In this document: positions 19,705-29,259 of the stretch, in pieces
Layout of the letters: each line of letters opens with the position of its first letter
How positions within the stretch are numbered: the stretch's first letter is position 1
Assembly: GCA_002449265.1 (NCBI GenBank)
Contig: DKCV01000021.1
Span: forward strand, 45,777 to 109,776
Direction: 5' to 3'
Source of the DNA: Bacillales bacterium UBA6865
GTDB lineage: Bacteria > Bacillota_I > Bacilli_A > RFN20 > CAG-826
Length of the DNA: 64,000 nucleotides
Notes under the pieces: generated by a model
What the model was told of the DNA's origin: nothing
The model's database searches: none
Seen by the model: only the letters and a program-made list of their open reading frames with translations
Made by a program: the position numbers and the translations under genes

Positions 19705-19731
19705 TTTGATTACTTCTATAATTGTTTTCGT

Positions 19732-20730
19732 ATGATTCAAGTCGTTTATTCTAGTGACCCTCAACTTGCGCTTCTAGGGCTAAATAAAGTCATCAAAGCT
19801 ACTTTTGGAGAAGAGCTTACTTCTTTGAATTCCGTAACTCTTGATATGAGCCAAAATACGATGGCTGATTTAGCGGAAGAATGTCTTAATTTGCCCCTTG
19901 GCTGTGATAAAAAAGCCGTCATTGTGAAGAATTGCTTCTTTTTGCTTCCTCCTTCTAGAGGTCGTAACGCCTTAAAGATTCAAAAAGGGGATAAAGAAGA
20001 AGCGTTCTTATCTTATTTGGATAATCCTGATCCCTTTATATATCTATATATGGCCGTTTATGGCGACAATATTGATAATAAAGGCAAATATGGACATCGT
20101 CTAGCTTCTTTAGGAATTAAGCCTAGCGCCGTTAATGCTTTTACCGAAAGCGATTGGAAAAGCTTCGTTCCTGCCTTTTTTGAGAAAAAAGGCGTCCGTA
20201 TCACTACTGACGCCTCCAATGAACTAATTCGCCGCTTATCGATGGATTATGGTCGCTTTTTAGTGGAACGGCAAAAACTATTGAGCTATGCTTCTTTGAC
20301 CGGAACATTAAATCTGGATGACATCAAAACGCTTATTTCTGAACCTTTAGAAGATAAAAGTTACATGTTATCTAATGCTTTAACGAAAGGCGACGTTAAA
20401 GAAGCGTTTCACATCTATAATGATTTGAAAATTCAAGGATATGATGAAGTCTCACTTCTCATTCAACTTGCGAATCAATTCCGTAAAATGAATATGGTTA
20501 GCTTTTTATTGAAGCAAGGAAAAAGCGACGGCGTTATCGCTAGTACATTATCTTCAATGAGAATGAGTGTTTATCAAGTTCGCGCGATTGGGAATAACTT
20601 AAGGAAGATGAAAATAAACGCTCCTTCTATTGTGCTAGAAAAAATCTATGAGACGGAAAAATCGATTTTTACGGGAGAAATGGACGCTCCTTTGGCATTC
20701 TCTTTGTTTTTGGCTAATTTTCCATTATGA
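19732..20730 (+). CDS. holA: DNA polymerase III delta subunit (HolA-like), assigned mainly from position downstream of comEC
   Basis: 332 aa. Weak similarity to the clamp-loader delta N-terminus. Conserved Firmicute synteny comEA-comEC-holA. Confidence 0.5.
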   Translation: MIQVVYSSDPQLALLGLNKVIKATFGEELTSLNSVTLDMSQNTMADLAEECLNLPLGCDKKAVIVKNCFFLLPPSRGRNALKIQKGDKEEAFLSYLDNPDPFIYLYMAVYGDNIDNKGKYGHRLASLGIKPSAVNAFTESDWKSFVPAFFEKKGVRITTDASNELIRRLSMDYGRFLVERQKLLSYASLTGTLNLDDIKTLISEPLEDKSYMLSNALTKGDVKEAFHIYNDLKIQGYDEVSLLIQLANQFRKMNMVSFLLKQGKSDGVIASTLSSMRMSVYQVRAIGNNLRKMKINAPSIVLEKIYETEKSIFTGEMDAPLAFSLFLANFPL

Positions 20731-21173
20731 AAATTGTAATCGTTAGTGACACCCATGGCGATATCGCTTCTTTGGAGAAGGTCTATTTACGGAAACAAAA
20801 CGCTGATGTTTTTCTTCATGCTGGGGATAGCGAAGCACCTAGTAATAGCATCGCTCCTTTTGCCGGCGTTAAAGGTAACTGCGATGCCTATTTTGATGAA
20901 TATCCAAAATTTCGACTTGTGAATACCCCTTTAGGAATTTTGCGAATCGAGCATCATCCTTTTTCTTCTCTTACTCAACTTGAAACACTAAAAAGGGATG
21001 ATGTAAAAATATTCGTTCATGGGCACACCCATAAAAAAGAAGCCACTGAAATTGATGGGATTTATGTCTTTTGCCCTGGGTCTTTATCTTATCCGCGTGA
21101 TAGTGAAATTGGCTCGTATCTCGTTTTGGATATCGAGAATAATTCATTAAATTACACATTCAAAAATATTTAA
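20727..21173 (+). CDS. YfcE-like metallophosphoesterase (calcineurin-like phosphoesterase)
   Basis: 148 aa. MKIVIVSDTHGD, GD motif, GHTH. Start overlaps the holA stop (ATGA). Confidence 0.7.
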   Translation: MKIVIVSDTHGDIASLEKVYLRKQNADVFLHAGDSEAPSNSIAPFAGVKGNCDAYFDEYPKFRLVNTPLGILRIEHHPFSSLTQLETLKRDDVKIFVHGHTHKKEATEIDGIYVFCPGSLSYPRDSEIGSYLVLDIENNSLNYTFKNI

Positions 21174-21284
21174 CATTTAACACAAAACAAACGATATTTC
21201 CTTATATCTTTAATTATTGAATAAGTCATTTCTCATTGCTATAAATGGTGCAGATTCGTTTTGAATTACGTTTAAGGTTTTGCA

Positions 21285-23711
21285 ATGAAAATACGTTTAG
21301 AAGAAGTCTCAAAATATTATCAAGATCAAGGGAAAAACGCCAAAGGCTTAGAAAATGTGTCTTTATCTTTTGAAACCAATGGATCATTTGTTGCGATTAC
21401 TGGGGAATCAGGTGCTGGGAAAAGCACTTTGATCCGCATTTTGACCGGAATGGAAGATTTCGATGAAGGCGAAATCTATTTTGATGATATCCCTTTGGCG
21501 GGAATTTCCGAAAACGAGAAAAGCGAAATTTACGCCCGCTACATATCTTTTGTCTTCCAAGATTATAACCTCGTAGAAAGTTTAAAAGCGGTTGATAACA
21601 TCGTCCTTGCTTTATTAAAGCGCGGGTATAAAGCAATAGAAGCGAAGGCGAAGGCTTTTGAAGCCCTCCGGAAAGTTGGGCTAGGCAAAAAAGAAGCGAT
21701 GATGCGAACGTCGAACTTATCCGGTGGCGAAAGACAAAGAGTCGCCATCGTTAGGTCGCTTGTTTTAGATTCGCCCATCATTATTTTTGATGAGCCAACC
21801 GGGAATTTAGACCCTGAAACCGCTAGAGCGGTTGTAACCCTGATTGATTCGATTAAGGAAAATCGTTTGATTATTTATGTCACCCACGATTACGCTCTTG
21901 TTAAAGATATTGCAACGCGTCATATTTCAATGAGTGATGGACATATTACTCGCGATGAAACGCTTCGTACAAATAAAACGATTTCCCAAAGCTTGCCTGA
22001 GCCTACTCTAAAGAAAATGCTACCCTCTTCCTATCTTTACGCGAGCAAGGCGTTTGCTTTTTCGCGGATGGGAAGATGCGTTTCTACGATTCTAATTTTA
22101 TTCTTTTCAACTTGTTTGACCTTCGGGGTCGCTAGTGGAGCGCTTTTCTCTTTCTTTGAGGATGCGAACATGATCACTGGTTTTCGAAAAATCTACCAAA
22201 GCGATGCTATTAATCGTGTCCCTTTAGGCAATCGCACGGATATTCGAAAGAGCGATCTTTCGATGCAGAATGAAAGGTATCTCGTGAATTATAAAGAAGG
22301 AAAAGATTATTACCGTGATCGCGGCGGGTATTTTCATTCCTTAAAGATAAATTTATTTCCCGAAAAAGAAATTGATCATCTTTTGGCTGATACTAGAAAT
22401 TCTTTATTTTCTTCTTTGCTAACTCTTGATTTTAATTTGTCTTTATACGCGCCGAATCACGCAACAAGCATAATGAAACCTAGCTCTAATAGACCCTTAG
22501 AATGTTTTCCCGTAAAAATCTATTTTTACGATGATGGCGAATTTAATAAAAGTAGTTATGGAAAGGCTTTTGGAGTCAATAAATTAATATCTTTAGAGGA
22601 TGAGCACTTTTTAGAAACGGGACTTAGTTTCGATAATTCTTCCGCTAAAGAATGCGGAAAAAAGAATGATGAAAAAACGTTGGAATCACTTTTGAAAAGC
22701 GCTCCAAAAATCTATATCGAGGAAGTTCTTTTAAGTAAAGATCCTTCGTTTATCCATTCGAAACCACTTATCGTTGGGAACCAGGATTTGCTTAAAAAAA
22801 TGCATGATTATCTATCGCTTAATGTGGAAAAGCTTTCGAATACTTATTGCAAACAAGGGCGATATTTTTCTTTTCGTCATTCACGTTTAATCGATGGAAT
22901 CTCTTTTAAAGCTTTAAAACTATGTAACGATAATGCTGTGGAAAAATCTTGCCCAGTTGATTTTTATATGAAAGATAACCCGATATTCTCTTTTGAGGAA
23001 AATGAAATTTTGGTGCCATCTTCTTTCCCAATCGATTCTTCCTATTTTTCTTTAAAAGGGATGAAAATCCCGCTCTCTTTCTTTTTAAATCATCAGAAGA
23101 ATTTTAAAATTACCCCTTCAAAAGAAGTGTGTGACGTTTTCTATATACCTTCTTCTTACGAAAATGGACAATTTTTGTTTGACTTCATTATTCAAAAGGG
23201 AGGTTATGACTCCTTTTACTGCGCAAAAATAGACATTGCAAAAGATATCGCCAAGAAGGCTAATGATAACGGGCAAATGAGTGCTTATTACTCGCCTTTA
23301 GTAGAACGGAAAGGGTATTATCCCGTCATTGACTTCTCTAGAGTGAAATTAGACAAAAAGTTAAACGCGTTTTTTAATGTTTTATTTTTCTTTTCTCTTT
23401 CTGTTCTCATCAATCGCCTAGGGTGCTCGATTCTAGCAAAATTCTATTTTCGAAAAGATTATGACCAATCTGTACTTCGCTGGATTGGCTATAGCAAAAA
23501 GGACATTGCTATTACCAATGCGACTCAATTTTTGACCATCGAAAGCATCCTAGTTTTTACGATTTATCCTTGCTTGCTTTTATTTAATAAAGAATTGCTC
23601 ACCGTGTTTTTGGCATTCCCTTGGACTTATATTGCCGGGGCTATTATGGGATTATCGTTTGCGGTAATGGCCTCCCTCCCGAAAAAAAGAAAAGAAGGTA
23701 AAAAAGAATGA
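21285..23711 (+). CDS. MacB-like ABC transporter, ATPase::FtsX-permease fusion (paralog B1)
   Basis: 808 aa. Walker A GESGAGKST, signature LSGGERQRVAIVRSL, IIFDEPT, VTHD. TM1, a roughly 400-aa external domain, then three TMs. Confidence 0.75.
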   Translation: MKIRLEEVSKYYQDQGKNAKGLENVSLSFETNGSFVAITGESGAGKSTLIRILTGMEDFDEGEIYFDDIPLAGISENEKSEIYARYISFVFQDYNLVESLKAVDNIVLALLKRGYKAIEAKAKAFEALRKVGLGKKEAMMRTSNLSGGERQRVAIVRSLVLDSPIIIFDEPTGNLDPETARAVVTLIDSIKENRLIIYVTHDYALVKDIATRHISMSDGHITRDETLRTNKTISQSLPEPTLKKMLPSSYLYASKAFAFSRMGRCVSTILILFFSTCLTFGVASGALFSFFEDANMITGFRKIYQSDAINRVPLGNRTDIRKSDLSMQNERYLVNYKEGKDYYRDRGGYFHSLKINLFPEKEIDHLLADTRNSLFSSLLTLDFNLSLYAPNHATSIMKPSSNRPLECFPVKIYFYDDGEFNKSSYGKAFGVNKLISLEDEHFLETGLSFDNSSAKECGKKNDEKTLESLLKSAPKIYIEEVLLSKDPSFIHSKPLIVGNQDLLKKMHDYLSLNVEKLSNTYCKQGRYFSFRHSRLIDGISFKALKLCNDNAVEKSCPVDFYMKDNPIFSFEENEILVPSSFPIDSSYFSLKGMKIPLSFFLNHQKNFKITPSKEVCDVFYIPSSYENGQFLFDFIIQKGGYDSFYCAKIDIAKDIAKKANDNGQMSAYYSPLVERKGYYPVIDFSRVKLDKKLNAFFNVLFFFSLSVLINRLGCSILAKFYFRKDYDQSVLRWIGYSKKDIAITNATQFLTIESILVFTIYPCLLLFNKELLTVFLAFPWTYIAGAIMGLSFAVMASLPKKRKEGKKE

Positions 23712-26686
23712 TTAAAATTGATTCCGTTTCCAAAACATATGACAAAGGGACTAGAAAAGAAAAAACTGTCCTTGACCATGTATCTTTAGAACTTCCTTCG
23801 GCTGGATTTGTCTTTATTGTGGGGGAATCTGGCGTAGGCAAGAGCACCATTCTTAATGCGATTGGGGGATTAATGCGTTATGAAGGGAGGATATTATTTG
23901 ACGAAAAAGAAGAAAATATCGAACTTTATCGAAAAAGGAATATTTCTTATATTTTTCAGGATTTTTTGCTCTTCGACGATTTAAGCGTGCGTGAAAATAT
24001 CAAGATCGCTTTGAATATTGTCAATGTGTACGACGAAGAAGAAATCACAAAACGCGTTCAACTTCTTTTACGCGCGGCTGGGCTAAAAATTAAAGCAGAG
24101 CGTAGGGTGGGCGCTTTATCATTAGGGCAACGTCAACGTGTTGCCATCGCGCGTGCTTTAGCTACCTCTCCAAAGATTATTCTTTGTGACGAACCAACGG
24201 GGAATCTCGATACCAAAAACTCAAAAAACATCATGAATATTCTCCACTCTTTGAGCAAGAGAAGGCTAGTAATCTGCGTTACCCATAATTTGAATTTATT
24301 GCAGCTATATGCCGATACGGCTATTACGATTGAGGACGCAAAATTTAAGAAAATAACTTCTTCTTTAGGAAAAATCGAGGATTCCTATTTAGAAGAGCCG
24401 ATCGCTCTATCTTCTTTAAAAGAAAATGTATTTGATTCTGAAGACGTTTTATTGAAGGTATATTCGGATAAAAAGGGTGAAAAAGCTGAAATTAAGATTA
24501 TTAAGCGCAATGAGAAAATTCTAGTTGTAGGGGAAAATCTCGTGTTGATTAAGCCGAGTGAAGCAAAGTTTTGCTTTGAGAAAATAGAGAACTCGCAAGA
24601 AAAAGAAGAACTAAATTCTCCGATAGAGGGAAACCAACTTATTTTTGAAGAGAGAAACGAAAAAAGAAAAAGAATGGACGGGCCTTTCTTCACGACGATT
24701 AAAAAGAAAATTCTCGAAGGAAAAAGGGAAAAGAAGGGATTGATCCGCTCTTTTATTCAAACCATTGAATGTCTTGCTCCATTAGCCATTTTTGTCCTTT
24801 TAAATTTTGGCTACGTTGCCGTTCAAGAAATGGATGAACAATTTCAAGGGATTTTTCTTGAACAGAATGCGATAAGCTTAATTAGAGAAAAAAAGGAAAG
24901 TAATAAAAGCGATCCTCCGAAGGAAAACGCTTTATCGAGCGAAGATATTTATAAGATTTTGACCGATGATAATGGGATTGTCGATGCACCGATTGAACAC
25001 GCTATCCGCGTAAGCAATTTTTCTTTTCAATTTGATGTTAATCAATATCTCGTTGATCCTTTAAAAGGTCTGGACGTGCAACAAATTGCCTTCTTGCCTT
25101 TTGAATCTTATCGAGAAATTCCTTCCTTCTCTTTCCTAAAAAAGTATGATTTAGGGAATAATGAAATCATTTTCGATGATTCATTAGTTAAAGATAGTGG
25201 CGCTTTACCATGTTTTGGTGGAGTTTCTCTAAAGAAGAAGGTTATTAATTCTTCGTTAACGTTTCGTGAGCCTCGTTATTCGATAAAAGAAGCTTTTAAC
25301 CGTAATCTCAAGATTGTTGGTTTAGAGAATACGCCGATTAGTAGGGGCATTACGAAATATTTATCACTCTCAAGAATTTCGTTCGCGTTTGTCAAAAAAG
25401 AATTGCTGTCTTTTCTTTCCAATGTCTCAACTTCTTGTCATTATTTTTTTGATTCTCCTTATGGGGTTCCTAAATTTCCTTCTTTTGAAGGATTCCGTTT
25501 TTATAGGCTTAAAAGCGAAAAAGATTTAAAGAACCAAGAATATCATTTTTATGATGCGAGAACAGGTGATAAAGTGACAAATTTACCCGCTTTTGATCAC
25601 AAAATCCTAGTGGGCGCTTATCGTCAAAATATTCCGTTAGCGTTTTGTTCAAAAGAAGCGTATGACGAAATTGACAATCTGAGAAATGACCTTCATGTCC
25701 TTTTTAAAAGCCCCTTCAGTATCGTAAAAAGAAACGCGGAGAAAGAAAAAGCGATTTATTTTTTAGACATTCATCCTCCTATAGGCAGGGAACAAGATGG
25801 TAGTGATGTTTTTAAAAGTTCTTTGGCCTTATTTTTTAGGAATTTCATTAAAAGCAATCTTATTTGGAATCGATCTGACAAAATTGAAATACCCGTTGTT
25901 CCTTCTAATGAGGGAGTGATTCCAATCGTGCTTCCTAATTCCATGAAAGACTTTTTCCCGGATATGGATGATAAAGATTTTTCAAATTTTTCTTTCGAGT
26001 CATACTCGCCTTTCAATCATTCCGCAAGCACGATTAAAGTTGTCGGGAAATATACATCGAGTAAATCGCATGATCCTATCGCGATTAGTAGAGAAACTTC
26101 TTTACGTTTGAAATATGGCCCAAATTTCCTTACGAATTTCAAAATTCCTGATGGAGAATCCGCGATTGAAAACGCCATTAATGGTGGCCAGACTTTCTTT
26201 TCTAAGGACATTAGCAAAACAAAAGATTATTTTAGGAAAAACTTTCATAAACATGGAATTAAGGCGATTTCAGGTCCCGAGGTTCATTCTCACTTAGTAC
26301 AAAAAAACGCGGCCTTGATTCTATCAATATTTTTGCCATCAATTAGCGTTACGTTCATCGCTTTAGTGACTTTAAGCGCGCTTGACGCGATTGGAAAAAT
26401 CAATCGAGAAAAGTATAGAATCGGTGTCTATCGCTGTATTGGCAAAGCGCGAAAAGATATTTTTAAGGACGAAAATGCGACAACTATGGCTGAGGGAATA
26501 TTTTATTGCTTAATCCCTTGCGTTACGTTGTCTATCGCTTTCTCTTTCTTTTATTTATATGCTTTGAGTTGGCTTATCTTCCCGTTTTTCTTAGCTTATT
26601 ATATCGTAGTTTTCCTTAGCTCTAGTATCCCACTTTGTTTGCTTTTAAGAAAAGATCCAATCGATATCATTCATTCATTGCAGTAG
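23708..26686 (+). CDS. MacB-like ABC transporter, ATPase::FtsX-permease fusion with a very large external domain (paralog B2)
   Basis: 992 aa. Walker A GESGVGKST, signature LSLGQRQRVAIARAL, ILCDEPT, H-loop VTHN. Start overlaps the B1 stop (ATGA), implying translational coupling. About 600 aa between TM1 and the C-terminal 3-TM bundle. Confidence 0.75.
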   Translation: MIKIDSVSKTYDKGTRKEKTVLDHVSLELPSAGFVFIVGESGVGKSTILNAIGGLMRYEGRILFDEKEENIELYRKRNISYIFQDFLLFDDLSVRENIKIALNIVNVYDEEEITKRVQLLLRAAGLKIKAERRVGALSLGQRQRVAIARALATSPKIILCDEPTGNLDTKNSKNIMNILHSLSKRRLVICVTHNLNLLQLYADTAITIEDAKFKKITSSLGKIEDSYLEEPIALSSLKENVFDSEDVLLKVYSDKKGEKAEIKIIKRNEKILVVGENLVLIKPSEAKFCFEKIENSQEKEELNSPIEGNQLIFEERNEKRKRMDGPFFTTIKKKILEGKREKKGLIRSFIQTIECLAPLAIFVLLNFGYVAVQEMDEQFQGIFLEQNAISLIREKKESNKSDPPKENALSSEDIYKILTDDNGIVDAPIEHAIRVSNFSFQFDVNQYLVDPLKGLDVQQIAFLPFESYREIPSFSFLKKYDLGNNEIIFDDSLVKDSGALPCFGGVSLKKKVINSSLTFREPRYSIKEAFNRNLKIVGLENTPISRGITKYLSLSRISFAFVKKELLSFLSNVSTSCHYFFDSPYGVPKFPSFEGFRFYRLKSEKDLKNQEYHFYDARTGDKVTNLPAFDHKILVGAYRQNIPLAFCSKEAYDEIDNLRNDLHVLFKSPFSIVKRNAEKEKAIYFLDIHPPIGREQDGSDVFKSSLALFFRNFIKSNLIWNRSDKIEIPVVPSNEGVIPIVLPNSMKDFFPDMDDKDFSNFSFESYSPFNHSASTIKVVGKYTSSKSHDPIAISRETSLRLKYGPNFLTNFKIPDGESAIENAINGGQTFFSKDISKTKDYFRKNFHKHGIKAISGPEVHSHLVQKNAALILSIFLPSISVTFIALVTLSALDAIGKINREKYRIGVYRCIGKARKDIFKDENATTMAEGIFYCLIPCVTLSIAFSFFYLYALSWLIFPFFLAYYIVVFLSSSIPLCLLLRKDPIDIIHSLQ

Positions 26687-26708
26687 TGGCTTCCTTGCTA
26701 CTAAGCAT

Positions 26709-26738
26709 AAAAAAATCCCCGCTGGGGGGATTTTTCAA
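26709..26738. terminator. Bidirectional rho-independent terminator between the ABC B2 gene (+) and rpsT (-)
   Basis: AAAAAATCCCC gctg GGGGGATTTTT: a G/C stem flanked by an A-run and a T-run. Confidence 0.6.
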
Positions 26739-26752
26739 TTTTTGAAGTTAAT

Positions 26753-27016
26753 TTATTTAATTTCACGGACAACGCGAGAGAGGTGTGCTTTCTTGCGATT
26801 AGCACTATTGACGGTAATCGCGCCATCTTGAGAATATTTATCAAGAAGGGAGATTGCAGCGCGTAATGCTAATTCAGCTTCTTCTTTTTTGCCTTCGGCT
26901 GCTAAAGTCTCGACCTTTTTGCTTTGCGTACGGATTTCCGTTTTACGAGTGCCATTTAATTTGGCGTTTCTTTCATAAATTTCGATGCGTTTTTCTTGGG
27001 ATTTGATGTTTGCCAT
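26753..27016 (-). CDS. rpsT: 30S ribosomal protein S20
   Basis: 87 aa. MANIKSQEKRIE...KKAHLSRVVREIK is typical S20. Confidence 0.9.
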   Translation of the reverse strand: MANIKSQEKRIEIYERNAKLNGTRKTEIRTQSKKVETLAAEGKKEEAELALRAAISLLDKYSQDGAITVNSANRKKAHLSRVVREIK

Positions 27017-27118
27017 ATTCTTACTTCCTAAAAAATGTATAAATTCTTATGCGTAGCGATTATAGACTTCCTAGAAGGAAGAAACAACACTTTTCCTACT
27101 TCTAAGGTCGCAAAAAGG

Positions 27119-29149
27119 TTATCTTTCTTTTTCGTTTTCGGGGTGAAGGAGGAGAAGAATTTCTTCCACAAAATCGTTGACGGTCAATAATCTTCCATAA
27201 AGGTTGACTGGAATAGTTACTTTAAAGGAGCGATTGATATCTTCCACTAAAGTGATATAGCTCATGGAATCTCCGCCTAAATCCCTACCAAAATCGGCTT
27301 CATCGTCAATCTTGAATAGTGGAATCATCAACGTGGAGGCGAATTCGTTTTTGACGCCTTTTGTGATTCGCTCGACTTCTTTTTGGTCGTAACGTGAAAA
27401 ATGGCGAGATGCTTTTTTCTTTTGCGTGACATTTCCTTCTGGATCGTAAAAGTCATCCATATCGCCTTTTTCTAGAGCGTCTTTTAAGACGAAGCGCTTC
27501 ACTTTCATGTTATTCGCTAAAGGCATCGAATGCTTGTAAATCAAAAATCTTTGCACCTTCTTTTCGTTTGCTAAGGTTGCGTTTATCGTTTTTGCATCCG
27601 CGATGATAGAAGGGAAATCATCGCTCGTTACGGAATTATCCAACTCGAAAATTAGGGTAATGTCTTCTTCGCTTGAATCTTTCTTTTTGATTCCTAAAAC
27701 GACATCATTGACAACATGGCGGATATTGTGGAAATAAAATTCGATTTCATCAGGATAGACGTTTTCCCCATTGCTATTGATGATGACATCTTTCATACGC
27801 CCTTTGATGTAATAAGCGCCTGTGGAATCCTTTTCGGCGATGTCGCCTGTATGGAAATAGCCATCGTCAAGAGGTGTTTCTCTTTCTTCTCCGCCAATTA
27901 TCTCGCGAATATGAATCGTAGGCGTTTTGACGAGCAATTCTCCTTGGCCTTTCCCTCCGCCTGGGATTGATTTTAATTTAAAAGTAACTCCGTGTAAGGG
28001 GTGACCAATCGATCCGCGAAGTCTATCTTCAACGCGTGGAGAAAGTTCAACAGATACAACCCCAAGTTCGGTCATGCCGTAGCCGTTATATAGGGGATAT
28101 CCTAAACCGTTTATGAAATTAAGTGTTTTCGCGTTGAGGTATCCACCTCCGGAAATGCAATATTCAACGTCTTTCCCTAAAATTTTCTTTCGCAACATGT
28201 TTTGGATGAAATTAAATGAAGCAAATCCGGCTTCTTCTTTTGAAATTTTACCGGTATTATAGGCGATCATCCTTCGCAATAAATCGGCGTTTTTCGGATT
28301 TCCTAATTCGATGGTTCTTTGGGCTTTTTGCGCAACGGCATCCCAAAATAAGGGAACGCTATAAATGTGCGTACATCTTCCGATTTTAATCGCGTTTAAG
28401 ACATCCCGGTTCGAGGAAGAGGAGGGATAAACCAAAGCTTTCCCATAAAAGGTGTACCATAAAAATACGGCAACAAACCCAAAAATGTGATGGAATGGAA
28501 TCATTGCTAGATTTCGTATTTTTCCAGGGTGCATGATGGTGCAGGTTTCATTCGGCATATCTAAAGCGGCCGCAATCTGATTACACATCGCGTTGCCATC
28601 ACTTACCATCATTTTTACGTTGCCCGTTGTTCCGCTTGAGCAAAAGATTACTTCGTTTCCCCAGCTAGGCGTGAAATTGTAATTTGGTTCGCTTTGGGTG
28701 ATTTTGCTAGTGCGGAAACTAGGAACGCTATAGGAAGTTGCTTCGTTGAAAATAATTGCTTTCGCTTTCGCTTGCTTTAATAAATTCTCGGTGTTCTCGT
28801 GTGGGAGTTTGGCATCGATGAGTAATGGTGTATGACCCGTCATCAAAATCGCCCAAAACATGTGAGGCCAAGTAGGGCAATTTCGAAGTTTTAACGCAAC
28901 GACCGAACCGACGGGAACACTAGATAGAGCCGTTGCCATTCTTTCGGCTAGATGATAAGTGATTGTCTTATATTGCTCGTAATTATATTCGTAACGTTTA
29001 TCGTCCTCATCAAAATAAATCGTCGAGATATTTTTGCCATGAGAATTCATCGTCATTTCATAAATATCGTGAAAGGTTCGATTGGTGTTTAATAGGGCTT
29101 TGGCCGTATCGAGTAATCTTGCGACTGGTTCCCTCTCATAATGTTTCAT
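27119..29149 (-). CDS. Adenylate-forming enzyme (AMP-binding / acyl-CoA synthetase-like) fused to a C-terminal phosphopantetheine-binding carrier domain (A-T didomain)
   Basis: 676 aa. AMP-binding motifs SSGTTGNVKMM, YGMTE and TGDIAEKDSTGAYYIKGRMKD. C-terminal PP-binding motif DLGGDSMSYITLV with the Ser attachment site. Confidence 0.8.
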   Translation of the reverse strand: MKHYEREPVARLLDTAKALLNTNRTFHDIYEMTMNSHGKNISTIYFDEDDKRYEYNYEQYKTITYHLAERMATALSSVPVGSVVALKLRNCPTWPHMFWAILMTGHTPLLIDAKLPHENTENLLKQAKAKAIIFNEATSYSVPSFRTSKITQSEPNYNFTPSWGNEVIFCSSGTTGNVKMMVSDGNAMCNQIAAALDMPNETCTIMHPGKIRNLAMIPFHHIFGFVAVFLWYTFYGKALVYPSSSSNRDVLNAIKIGRCTHIYSVPLFWDAVAQKAQRTIELGNPKNADLLRRMIAYNTGKISKEEAGFASFNFIQNMLRKKILGKDVEYCISGGGYLNAKTLNFINGLGYPLYNGYGMTELGVVSVELSPRVEDRLRGSIGHPLHGVTFKLKSIPGGGKGQGELLVKTPTIHIREIIGGEERETPLDDGYFHTGDIAEKDSTGAYYIKGRMKDVIINSNGENVYPDEIEFYFHNIRHVVNDVVLGIKKKDSSEEDITLIFELDNSVTSDDFPSIIADAKTINATLANEKKVQRFLIYKHSMPLANNMKVKRFVLKDALEKGDMDDFYDPEGNVTQKKKASRHFSRYDQKEVERITKGVKNEFASTLMIPLFKIDDEADFGRDLGGDSMSYITLVEDINRSFKVTIPVNLYGRLLTVNDFVEEILLLLHPENEKER

Positions 29150-29259
29150 ATTTATTGCCTATTTTTACTAAAGTAAATCATTTATCACTCTTAGCACCAT
29201 ATTGTAGCGGATTTTCTCTCTCCCTCGCTATAATAAAAACTATCGGAGGTTTTTCGAGG

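Noticed and set aside
27040-27100. Palindrome CTTCCTAGAAGGAAG between rpsT and the A-T gene
   Set aside because: The stem is short (6 bp) with no U-tract, so it is more likely part of the rpsT promoter or operator region than a terminator. Not enough evidence to call it.
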